Shown: positions 13,363-23,535 of the stretch, one piece after another | How positions within the stretch are numbered: position 1 is the first letter of the stretch | Layout of the letters: each line of letters starts with the position of its first letter | DNA from: Eledone cirrhosa | Taxonomy: Eukaryota | Length of the DNA stretch: 64,000 bases | Assembly (NCBI GenBank): GCA_964016885.1 | Contig: OZ024741.1 | Coordinates: 366,110,001-366,174,000, forward strand | Direction: 5' to 3' | Notes under the pieces: model-generated | Seen by the model: only the letters and a program-made list of their open reading frames with translations | What the model was told of the DNA's origin: nothing | Databases searched by the model: none | Made by a program: the position numbers and the translations under genes

Positions 13363-15567
13363 TTAATTAGGTTTATAATATTTAAATGTTTTTTTTAGTT
13401 TATGATTACACGATATAATTAATTCCTGTCTTTTATTTAATAAGATATCCCTAGACTTCATTATTTCAAATAGTTCTTGGGAACATAATCTACATTCCTT
13501 TCTATTATTTTGATAAGGGGTGGCTCTTTTGAGCACACTCCAGGTCAAATCATATTTTATATTTTTATTTTTATAACTATTGATTTTTTCTGCTAGAGAT
13601 GTTGTATTAGCCAGTGCGGCATTTTTAAAGCTATGTTTGTGGGTATTATACCTTGTCTTAAAATTGTTAGAGGTAGCTCCTATATATGAGCAAATAGAAT
13701 CTTTAGTTTTAACATTACATTTATAGACTATGTTGTTAACAAGACAATTCCCTTTTAATGGGCAGTTTGTTTTGTTTCTACAGTTACATCCTTTCGTTAA
13801 TTCTGTATTTGAGGAGATATTATTGTTAATTTGATGTACTGGTGGTATACTTATAGTTTTCTTACATTTATATGCATTATATGCACTTATATTTTGTTTT
13901 ATGTTATTTGTTGTAGAATATGAGAATTTAACTGTAGACCTATTTAAGATTTGATGGTATTTGTGGTTTGGCGGGAAGTTTTTCTCAAGGATATAAAAAA
14001 ATTTTTTAGCAATATTATCCTTAACTTGTAAATTAAAAGGAGCATTATACCAAGTAACTCGTCTATTACGGTTTCTATGTTGTTTATTATTTTTATTATT
14101 TTTATATGTTGTATCATGATTTTTACTAGGAGGAATAATGTTAATGATCTCACCACAACTATTTTTAGTTATATTTGTAGATTTAGGTGTTTTATCTTTT
14201 TTATTAGGAGTTTTATTATTAATATTTATTATAGTCTTATGATGAGTAGTTTTTTGAGGGTTACTATACTTTATATTAGAAGATTTAGTATTTTGGGGTA
14301 TACTGTGGGTGGCATTTAGGTGTGTACCTTTCATTTGGTGTTTGTTGGTAATATTATGCTGTATGTTTTCAGTATTTTTAGTAGAAGTTATATACTCTAA
14401 TCTATTTTTGTGGCCACTTCTATCTAGAGCTTCATTATAAAAGGTCGCATTTTTATCAAATACATCTTGGTTAGAAGAAAGGTTAGAAATTCTAAGTGAT
14501 ATATTATATGCAAGGTTTTTAAGGATAGATTTAGGGTGATTAGATTGTGAGTGTATGTAATGTAAGTTTTGGTTAGGTTTATGGTAAGGTTGGTATATAC
14601 CCGTAGCTAAATCTAAAGTTATATCTAGGAAATTTACTACTTTACTTGTTTTTTCAAAAGTAATATTAAGATTATAATAGTCCTTAAGGAAAGTTCTAAT
14701 ATGCTTTTTGTTTTTTTCGATTTCTGAAAGGCTAAGGTTGTTAGAAAGAAGAAGACAGTCATCACGATATAAACCACCTTTGAGGTGGGGAAAAGAGGCA
14801 TTTATGTTGAAAAGGAGAAAGAGGCCCACAAGATCAGTAATTTGGGCAGAATCGCTTGAACCCATAGTAATATCAAAAAGATTACTATAAGTGTTTCTGG
14901 TCCAGTATTCATTCTGAAATTCAATAAGTGTTTGTCTAGCATGTGTAATAATGTTAATGTCATCCGAAGTTAAATTAGATCTATTTTTAGCAAATATTAA
15001 TGCTTTGTTCAGGAGTATGGGTGATATAGAAGAATAATAGTTATCTATATCAAACTGTAGGAAAGAAGCAGAAGATTTACACCTAATATTTTTAAACCAA
15101 TTAATTACCTGGGAGGTGTTTTCCCAGAGTGGTAAAATAACGTATTTTCTTATTTGTGGGATGACTCTATCTAAAATTTTTTTGCTAATTATTCCAATAT
15201 CTGATTTGGAGGGACATATAAGTCTAATAGAAGGATTAGAGTTAAAGTTAGATTTGTGATCTTTCAGGTTGAAGTGTGGACTTATCAATGCCAAAGGTTC
15301 AGTTCTATCTTCAATATTTAGTTTTTTTACTATGTTGTGTGTTTTGTTGTTGATATTGGTGAGTGACGCATTATTAGATTTTTTATAACTTTTTCTGAGT
15401 TCTTTATATATGAACTCATTATAATGTTCAATATCCATATGATACAAGTTACCAGTTTTGTCCGAGTGGACATGGATTTTTTTAGACTTTTTTAGGTCCA
15501 ATAGGGTAGAATCAAGGTCCTTTTGAAAGACGGATTTATACTTTTTAAATTTGAGATGTTTAATTAA
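13363..15567 (-). CDS. PLE reverse transcriptase plus GIY-YIG endonuclease (5'-truncated, no internal stops)
   Basis: Motifs DKTGNLY, FLQFDIDNYYSSI, FDITMGSSDSAQITDLVG, GLYRDD, NFLDITL, CNCRNKTNCPLKGNC, IVY...YIG...FKTRYNTH, CRLC...CNH. The frame stays open upstream of 15501 (LIKHLKFKKYKSVFQKDL) to the inversion junction. Confidence 0.95.
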   Translation of the reverse strand, partial: LIKHLKFKKYKSVFQKDLDSTLLDLKKSKKIHVHSDKTGNLYHMDIEHYNEFIYKELRKSYKKSNNASLTNINNKTHNIVKKLNIEDRTEPLALISPHFNLKDHKSNFNSNPSIRLICPSKSDIGIISKKILDRVIPQIRKYVILPLWENTSQVINWFKNIRCKSSASFLQFDIDNYYSSISPILLNKALIFAKNRSNLTSDDINIITHARQTLIEFQNEYWTRNTYSNLFDITMGSSDSAQITDLVGLFLLFNINASFPHLKGGLYRDDCLLLSNNLSLSEIEKNKKHIRTFLKDYYNLNITFEKTSKVVNFLDITLDLATGIYQPYHKPNQNLHYIHSQSNHPKSILKNLAYNISLRISNLSSNQDVFDKNATFYNEALDRSGHKNRLEYITSTKNTENIQHNITNKHQMKGTHLNATHSIPQNTKSSNIKYSNPQKTTHHKTIININNKTPNKKDKTPKSTNITKNSCGEIINIIPPSKNHDTTYKNNKNNKQHRNRNRRVTWYNAPFNLQVKDNIAKKFFYILEKNFPPNHKYHQILNRSTVKFSYSTTNNIKQNISAYNAYKCKKTISIPPVHQINNNISSNTELTKGCNCRNKTNCPLKGNCLVNNIVYKCNVKTKDSICSYIGATSNNFKTRYNTHKHSFKNAALANTTSLAEKINSYKNKNIKYDLTWSVLKRATPYQNNRKECRLCSQELFEIMKSRDILLNKRQELIISCNHKLKKTFKYYKPN

Positions 15568-15746
15568 TTGTTTAATATAAGGAATTGTTTGTTCATTATT
15601 TGTTTAATATTTTATCTTGACTCTGTATACCGTTTATCTTTCACCGAAATTGGATTTTCATTACATCTCTTCTTTCCATGATATCCGGAATACATTGAGT
15701 TCTTCATACGGATTGGACACTACCGTAAACTCTTGGTAGATTTATC

Positions 15747-15787
<41 letters not shown>

Positions 15788-15846
15788 AGCGTACACCTAC
15801 ACACACATACACATATATACACACATATACACATACATATATTCAT

Positions 15847-15911
<65 letters not shown>

Positions 15912-15945
15912 TACACACACACATATATATACACATGTACATATC

Positions 15946-15987
<42 letters not shown>

Positions 15988-16436
15988 CATATACACACAT
16001 ATACACATATACATACACACACACACACACACACACATATGTGTGTACAAGCCTACACATACACACACACATATATATACACACACGTATACATACATTC
16101 ACACAAACATACAACGTACATACATACACATACATGAATGCACTCCACTACATATTAACACACGCAAATAAATATAAGAAAAAAATATATAAATAATATT
16201 AACAAATATTTGACAGCGATACATGCCCCAGCTAACAGGACAGACACGCGTGGTAAGTAATACACACATAAGCACATATACATACGTTCGAAATAGTAAA
16301 CACATACACACACTCTCACACATAAATATACATATACAAATACATAAACACGTACATACACATACATACGCAAACACGTACACGTATACAATATAAACAC
16401 ACACATGTATATGTAATTATATACACACACACACAC

Positions 16437-16473
<37 letters not shown>

Positions 16474-16923
16474 CAAAAATATAAAAATATAAACGCACAC
16501 ACACATATAAATACGTAAACACACATATACATACATAGCTAAACAATTATACACATGCAAATACGTATATATCAAAAGAACGCACAACCAAATACAAACA
16601 CACACACATATATACACACACATACACCCACACACAAACCCACACATACATAAAAATAAATAAAAACACACGCAACATATACATACATACACATACATAT
16701 ACATATATACATATATACACATACATATATATATATACACATATATATACATAAATATATATATATATATATACACACATACACGTACACATACACACAT
16801 GCATACACATACACACACACATATACATGTGTGTGTGTGTAAAGCTCAGTATTAGATAAGACAAATGAACCTTACATAAACGTATATATAGTAGTAAAGT
16901 AATAAGGCCATACAAGGCAATTA

Positions 16924-16984
16924 ATCCATTCACCAGAGGTTTCTTAAAAGCAAAAAAAGTTTCCTTCAATCTTAAGAATGAAAA
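16924..16984 (-). pseudogene. Inactivated hammerhead related to the PLE1 ribozyme
   Basis: Same context as 9658-9717, but the core reads CTTAAGA, the triplet is GUG and stem II is weakened. Confidence 0.7.
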
Positions 16985-17085
16985 AAAGCCCTGGTTTATC
17001 CACATATACATACATATACACACACAAATATACAAATATATACACACATACAGACACGCACACACACACATATATATATATACAC

Positions 17086-17118
<33 letters not shown>

Positions 17119-17417
17119 CACAGACATATATACATACACATATATACACATACATATATATATACATACATACATACACATATATATACATACACAAACA
17201 TATACGTACACATATACATATATACACACAAAAATACATACACATACACATAGCTATGTGAAGGGCAAAACAAAAAGAATATATGGGGGGGGGGGGCTAA
17301 GAGGAGGTAAAAATATAAGGGGAGGTAAGGGAGAAAAATTATTTTTAAAATACAAGAGTACAGAAGGTAGAAGCAGCAAAATAAAAGCCGTAGCAAAAGT
17401 AAAGAGCAGAGAAGGAG

Positions 17418-18062
17418 TTCAAGGCGGTTGATTTATCGTAGGAGTGTCAATCCAGTTACAGATCAGATGCGATTTCAGATGAGGACAGCATCTGAAGATC
17501 TCAGTCTTAGAGTTAAGGCAAGCGGAAGTGTCTCTCAAGTTTAGCAAAATCCTATACTTTTCTGTGGTACACAAAGAACAATTCTTTGTGCCCCTTTTGG
17601 TACTCCCTCGAATGGTCTAATATAGACCAATCAATAGAGTACGGGATATTACTATCCTTGAGATCCCATACCTTACTTGCGAGGGCCGTTGATGTTCGTT
17701 TATCTGAGTGTTTAAAAGAAGCGACATGTGAGTAAAATCTGGTTTTAAACCTGTCCTGGGTCATACCGACATATCGCTCGCTTCTGGCTGGCTGGTTGTT
17801 GATAACTGGCGTTATCTTAGCCTCATAAACGACAGATTTTGTGTTACATTTACCCTGCAATGGGCATTCATCCGGCTTCCTGCAACTGCATCCTGGATTT
17901 ATCCTCGTACGGTTTGAACTGGTGATTTTGGATTTCATGGATGGACAACAAGAGTAGCTGATCTTAACTACATTCCTATTAAAAATCTTATAATATCTAT
18001 GAATAGGAGGAAAATGTTTGTCTAATAGTTCAAGGAATTTCCTTCCTACATTTGTTTTGACT
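17418..18062 (-). pseudogene. PLE thumb/linker plus GIY-YIG endonuclease fragment, one frameshift near 17585
   Basis: VKTNVGRKFLELLDKHFPPIHRYYKIFNRNVVKISYSC...CSCRKPDECPLQGKC...VVY...YVG...FKTRFYSH. After the shift: CSLCTTEKYRILL...LNSKTEIFRCCPH. Confidence 0.9.
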
Positions 18063-18253
18063 TTTATTTATTTTTATGTATGTGTGGGTTTGTGTGTGGG
18101 TGTGTGTGTGTGTATATATGTGTGTGTGTTTGTATTTGGTTGTGCGTTCTTTTGATATATACGTATTTGCATGTGTATAATTGTTTAGCTATGTATGTAT
18201 ATGTGTGTTTACGTATTTATATGTGTGTGTGCGTTTATATTTTTATATTTTTG

Positions 18254-18318
<65 letters not shown>

Positions 18319-18983
18319 GTGTGTGTGTGTGTATATAATTACATATACATGTGTGTGTTTATATTGTATACGTGTACGTGTTTGCGTATGTATGTGTATG
18401 TACGTGTTTATGTATTTGTATATGTATATTTATGTGTGAGAGTGTGTGTATGTGTTTACTATTTCGAACGTATGTATATGTGCTTATGTGTGTATTACTT
18501 ACCACGCGTGTCTGTCCTGTTAGCTGGGGCATGTATCGCTGTCAAATATTTGTTAATATTATTTATATATTTTTTTCTTATATTTATTTGCGTGTGTTAA
18601 TATGTAGTGGAGTGCATTCATGTATGTGTATGTATGTACGTTGTATGTTTGTGTGAATGTATGTATACGTGTGTGTATATATATGTGTGTGTTTATGTGT
18701 AGGCTTGTACACACATATGTGTGTGTGTGTGTGTGTGTATGTATATGTGTATATGTGTGTATATGTATGTATATATATATATATATATTAGGTATAGGAT
18801 TATCCAAGATGCAGTGATGGTTAATTACTACACTGGATATGGTTGACGTACGGTAAGAGGTTACTCTACGAGTTATGGAAGAATTGTTCAAGAAACTTAG
18901 TTCCTGATCCTTCAGTATTCCGGAGTGTATATAAAGAATGAATAATAACAGGTAGACATCATAAAAAGGTAGTTTATTCCGTG

Positions 18984-19095
18984 TGCTTACAAGTGTTTCC
19001 ACGGTGGTACTGCAGCCAAGTTCCGCTACGTGCAAATTCACAAGTATTTGCAGAACTCGAATATCCAATGCTGTGACCACTGTTTCCTCAGAGCA
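18984..19095 (-). ncRNA. Type I hammerhead with an approximately 85-nt extended stem II
   Basis: tgct-CTGAGGA-aacagtggt...[cagc..gagttc..tgcaaat/atttgca..gaactt..gctg]...accaccgtg-GAAA-cacttg-TA-agca. Confidence 0.7.
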
Positions 19096-19588
19096 GAATG
19101 GTAAATATACAATGTAAAAACCCTTAAGTGGGGTTGTTGGGGAAGATAGAGTGGAACAGGAAGAGAGAAAAGTAGGGAAGATGGAGAGAGAAGGAAAGAT
19201 ATGCAGGGGTTGGAGAAGTAGGAGAGAGTGGCTTGTAGATATCTTAATCAAAATGTTATGGTAGGGGTTTTATTAGTTACTTTTGGAGAGATGCGTAGAT
19301 AGTTGAGGTCGGAATTGTTTATTGCCCCAGAGGTCAAGTTCATAGATGTTGAGAGGGAGGTAGGTCAAAGGTGAGAGAGAGAGAGTGTAATGGGTGTAGA
19401 GAGAGATATATAGGTAGAGAGGGGACAGATAAAGTAAATGTGGTGAGTGAACTTTTGATTTTGTAGTAGTAATCTAGGAATTGTACTGAGTTACCATGTA
19501 TAGTGATAAGCAGTGTATTGTCTTGTAGTGTGGGGGAGAAGAGAAGGTTGTTAGCTAGAAAGTGGTGTTGTAGTTACGGGTTCGAATG

Positions 19589-21712
19589 TTAAGTTATTTT
19601 ATAGTGAGAGAATTTAGCTTTTAGTTTGTGGTTGCAGTATAATGATCGTTCAATTCTATCGTTAAGTAGTTTGTTTTTGGATTTTAGTATGTAAAATAGC
19701 TCAAGGTTACATAACCTGCAGTACTTCAAACCACTCCGATATGCATTTGCGCTGGAAAGTATATCCCATTTTAAGGTGAACTGTTGGTTGTGTTCACGGA
19801 GTTGCCAGGTCTTGTTGGCGAGCGTGGTCACAAAACGGTGATTCTGATGTTTGATTGAGAATCGATGACGGTACCAGCGAGATTTAAACGATGTGGTGGT
19901 AGATCCGATATAATACCATTTCTGGTCGTCCGATTCAACCGTGCATTGGTAAACAATGTTGGACTTTAGGCATTCATTCTGCAATGGACATCTTTCAGGT
20001 AGATGGCAGTTACATGCTTTGTTGTGGGTAGCGGGTATACCATGGATAGGTTGTGATAGCGGTACAGGTGGGTTGTGCAATATCCGTCTCCCATTTAGTG
20101 GTTGGGAGGCAGATATTGCGTTCTGCCCACCTGTTACTAAAATGTTTTGTTTTGTAGAGTTGTTTAATTGCCTTAAGTTAAGTTTTTTTATGTAAGCTTC
20201 AAGGTTTGGTGCCGTGGAGTATGATAGTCTAATAGTTTTGGAGTTCAGAATTTTGCTGTACTTATGGGAACTAGGGAAGTGTTTATTGATTAATTTAAAG
20301 AATGAAAGAGATAGTTTTGTACTAATCGAGGCATTAAAAATAGGATTATACCAGATATACTTTCTACAACGTGATTTATTTGGTGGTGAACTTCTATTAT
20401 TAGTATGTCTGGTAGTATAGTGTGTGTGTGCTTGTGTTTTAGTCCCCCGGTTACGTATACCTTGATTACGTGTAGAGCTATGTGTGTTGTGGAAATTACT
20501 ATCGATGTATTCTATTGTATCCCGGTGGTCAGCATTCCTTAATGCATTATTGTAGTATTCAGCATGCTCGCTAAAAATATCAGAGTTAGACGATAGGCGA
20601 GAGATTCTAAGAGAAATACTCCGGGGAACTGATTTGATCATGGAGAGTGGGTGGTTAGAGTTAAAGTTAATATACGTAAGGTTCTCATTTACCTTGTGGA
20701 AGGGTCGTATCTGTCCGGTATTTAAATTAAGAGTTACGTCCAGAAAGTTTACTACCTTAAGATTGTATTCGTATGTTATTTTTAGGCCCAGTTCACTAAA
20801 AGATTTTCTAATATTTTTCCGTAGCCTTTCAAGATTTTGGTTATTCAAGTTATTAACTAATAAGAGCCCGTCATCTCTATATATCCCCCCCTGTAGATTA
20901 CTAAATCTACTATGTAATATGTGGGCTATGTAAATTCCCACGAGATCCGTGACCTCCGCCGAGTCGTTGGAACCCATGGTAATATCGAAATTTGTGGGTC
21001 TGTCCTTACGTTCCCAGTAGCAGTTATCGAACTTAATAATGGTTTTTCTAGCCTCGAGAATAATATTAATTTCTTCCTCCGTTAGGTCGGAATTGGCCTT
21101 AGCAAACGATAGGGCCTTACGTAAAGTGCTTGGTGAGATGGAAGAGTAGTATTCGTCTATGTCAAATTGTATAAACTTAGATTTATTCTTATTCTTAACA
21201 TTATTAAACCAGCGAATTGCTTCGCTAGTGTTGCCCCATAATTTAATTTCAATTTTCTTTTTCACTTGAGTTATTACTCTGTCAAGTATATGTTTACTAA
21301 TTTTCCCTATGTCTGATTTAGAAGGGCATATAAGTCTAATCTTAGGGTTAGAGTCAAAATTTACCTTATGGTCCTTCAGGTTGAAGGTGGGGGTAGCGGG
21401 TATAATCGGCTCGGTTCTATCGTCTATCTTGAGATTCTTTACCACTTTGTATGCTTCGTTGTTAATATTTGCTAGCGTAGTTTCATTTGTTTTTCTATAT
21501 TTTTTGTGTAGTTCGTTGCGTATGAAGTTATTATACGTATCGATATCCATGGTATACACGTTAGAAGTCTTATCAGCTTTCACAACAATTCCATTGGTAT
21601 TTTGCAATCTTCGGAGTAGTGCTTTCATGTTGTTCTGCAGCTCATTATTTCTATGTCTGTTGAACTTAATGTTCATGGTAGTTTTCAATAAGTCCTGTTC
21701 GAAAGCTTCGAA
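19589..21712 (-). CDS. PLE reverse transcriptase plus GIY-YIG endonuclease (5'-truncated, no internal stops)
   Basis: Motifs ADKTSNVY, FIQFDIDEYYSSI, FDITMGSNDSAEVTDLVG, GIYRDDG, CNCHLPERCPLQNEC, IVY...YIG...FKSRWYRH, CRLC...CNH. The frame is open upstream of 21688 (FEAFEQDLL). Confidence 0.95.
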   Translation of the reverse strand, partial: FEAFEQDLLKTTMNIKFNRHRNNELQNNMKALLRRLQNTNGIVVKADKTSNVYTMDIDTYNNFIRNELHKKYRKTNETTLANINNEAYKVVKNLKIDDRTEPIIPATPTFNLKDHKVNFDSNPKIRLICPSKSDIGKISKHILDRVITQVKKKIEIKLWGNTSEAIRWFNNVKNKNKSKFIQFDIDEYYSSISPSTLRKALSFAKANSDLTEEEINIILEARKTIIKFDNCYWERKDRPTNFDITMGSNDSAEVTDLVGIYIAHILHSRFSNLQGGIYRDDGLLLVNNLNNQNLERLRKNIRKSFSELGLKITYEYNLKVVNFLDVTLNLNTGQIRPFHKVNENLTYINFNSNHPLSMIKSVPRSISLRISRLSSNSDIFSEHAEYYNNALRNADHRDTIEYIDSNFHNTHSSTRNQGIRNRGTKTQAHTHYTTRHTNNRSSPPNKSRCRKYIWYNPIFNASISTKLSLSFFKLINKHFPSSHKYSKILNSKTIRLSYSTAPNLEAYIKKLNLRQLNNSTKQNILVTGGQNAISASQPLNGRRILHNPPVPLSQPIHGIPATHNKACNCHLPERCPLQNECLKSNIVYQCTVESDDQKWYYIGSTTTSFKSRWYRHRFSIKHQNHRFVTTLANKTWQLREHNQQFTLKWDILSSANAYRSGLKYCRLCNLELFYILKSKNKLLNDRIERSLYCNHKLKAKFSHYKIT

Positions 21713-21778
21713 GTGGAAACACTTGTAAGCACACGGAATAAACTACCTTTTTATGATGTCTACCTGTTATTATTCATT

Positions 21779-21817
<39 letters not shown>

Positions 21818-21867
21818 GATATGTACATGTGTATATATATGTGTGTGTGTATGTGTGTGTGTGTGTG

Positions 21868-21914
<47 letters not shown>

Positions 21915-21973
21915 ATGAATATATGTATGTGTATATGTGTGTATATATGTGTATGTGTGTGTAGGTGTACGCT

Positions 21974-22021
<48 letters not shown>

Positions 22022-22216
22022 ATGTGTATATGTGTATGCGTGCAAATTATATGTGTATATATGTGTGTGTGTGTAAGTATGTGTTTTTTTGTGTGTGTTT
22101 GCATGTGTAGTTTTATTTTATTTTATTTTTCCTTTCCTTCTCCCTTTTCCAGCCTCACTTTCATATAGATTGCATTTTTGTTTTTAGAATCCATATTCAA
22201 TAAACAAACCAGGATT

Positions 22217-22276
22217 TTTCATTCTGAGGATTGAAAGCAAAACCTTTTGCTTTTAAGAAACCACTGGTAAATGGAA
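22217..22276 (+). ncRNA. Type I hammerhead, inverted copy of the PLE1 ribozyme
   Basis: Exact reverse complement of 9658-9717. Confidence 0.85.
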
Positions 22277-22377
22277 TAATTGCCTTATGTTGTTTATTAC
22301 ATAATAATAATAATTAAGCTCTGTTGCTTACATAGAGCACTCTTTTTTCCTGGACTTTTCCGATGGAATTACTTCAC

Positions 22378-22409
<32 letters not shown>

Positions 22410-22415
<6 letters not shown>

Positions 22416-22920
22416 ATAAATTCCGACCTCACACACTTACACCTCTCCAAGACAATGTCACTGGACCGAGACCTTTGGCGCTATACAGTAAGAGAGAAGA
22501 CCCGCCTTACCTAAGTACAAAGTGAAACCTACTACAGTCAGTAGGCACCTCTAACAAAATACATCCCCCCCCCCCCCCCGTCCCACTACCCCCACCCCAT
22601 CCACACCACCCCTTTCAATGTAAAGTTATGTTGGTACCACAACATCCAGCCCGAAACAAATGAGGTCGTGTAGGTATCACGACAAAAAGACACACAGTCC
22701 ACGCTGTAATGTGGCCGTGTAGGCAACACGGTTAAAACCTCCCAGTTCCACACTGTAAATGTGATTGGTGTTAGGAAGGGCATCCAGCTGTAGAAAACCC
22801 GCCAGACAGTCCTATGCGAGCAAGACAACCACTCTTTCCTCAAGTGGGAAAATTCCCGTCCAAACCCATGCAAGCGTGGAATATGGACGTTAAACGATGA
22901 TGACGATGATGATGATGATG
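22410..22920 (+). mobile_element. RTE-related SINE/LINE 3' remnant with (GAT)n tail
   Basis: DRDLWRY-like LINE end (gaccgagacctttggcgctat), the motif GGTGTTAGGAAGGGCATCCAGCTGTAGAAA and a terminal gatgatgacgatgatg run. Confidence 0.5.
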
Positions 22921-23029
22921 TATATATATATATGTGTGTGTATAAAGTATGTATATGTGTGTATATATATATGTATGTATATATATGTACATGTATATAT
23001 ATATATATATATATGTATACATCAAGCTT

Positions 23030-23400
23030 ATAGAATTCACCTACAGAAAAATGAAAAAATTCTTCTTCAGAACATCTGCTGAGTCAGTGTTCTTGCATGG
23101 ATCAAGTACATGGACCCGGACACAAGCACTTGAGAAGAATCTACATGGTGCATACACTAGAATGCTTAGGGCTGTACAAAACATAAACTGGTGTCAACGT
23201 ATTACAAATAAAAGTTTATACGGACTGTTGACCAGAAAACAACTTCAATTTATCACAGATTATTACGATTTGCAGTACCCTGCTGAAGATGTAAACAGGA
23301 AGTTATGCACACGCTACTATTGTGAGGACCAACTCATGGAAGGCGCAGTGGAGGTAGACCAGCTCAAACTGTTATCGATCAACTCAAACTGTTATCGATC
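23030..23400 (+). mobile_element. Decayed RTE-like LINE 3' fragment
   Basis: FFRTSAESVFLHGSSTWTRTQALEKNLHGAYTRMLRAVQNINW; related to 26225-26903. Confidence 0.75.
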
Positions 23401-23535
23401 AACTCCCGCATCTTACGATGTCTTGTCCTCGGGGAGAACATTTTATTTCACGTTGCTCTAGAGACTGGAGACTGTTAAACATATATATTTAGAAGTGTGC
23501 TTCCATCCGAAGTATATGTATATTTATATGTATAT

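Larger units (their letters stand above)
18788..21790 (-). mobile_element. PLE2: innermost nested PLE with short inverted pLTR piece
   Basis: ORF at 19589-21712. 18928-19002 is the reverse complement of 21713-21788. Tail at 18788-18927; (TA)n on both sides. Confidence 0.9.
15616..21980 (-). mobile_element. PLE3: 5'-truncated PLE nested in PLE1's inverted pLTR, with inverted copy of its own 3' end
   Basis: GIY-YIG fragment at 17418-18062. 15783-16665 is the reverse complement of 18062-18787 plus 21790-21980, which are separated by PLE2. 15616-15750 is interpreted as its tail. Confidence 0.8.
9623..22380 (-). mobile_element. PLE1: outer Penelope-like element, 5'-truncated, with inverted pLTR copy split by nested PLEs
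   Basis: ORF at 13363-15567 and 3' region at 9623-13362. 9940-9987 is the reverse complement of 15568-15615, and 9623-9940 is the reverse complement of about 22000-22313. A tail follows at 22314-22380. Flanked by (TA)n. Confidence 0.85.

Noticed and set aside
17440-17520. Hairpin TTCAGATG-aggacag-CATCTGAA considered as a ribozyme or SECIS
   Set aside because: It lies in the frameshifted GIY-YIG C-terminal coding sequence (LNSKTEIFRCCPH) and has no complete core.
18559-19251. 230-aa minus-strand ORF
   Set aside because: It runs through the PLE2 pLTR, tail and microsatellite, with no domain motifs.
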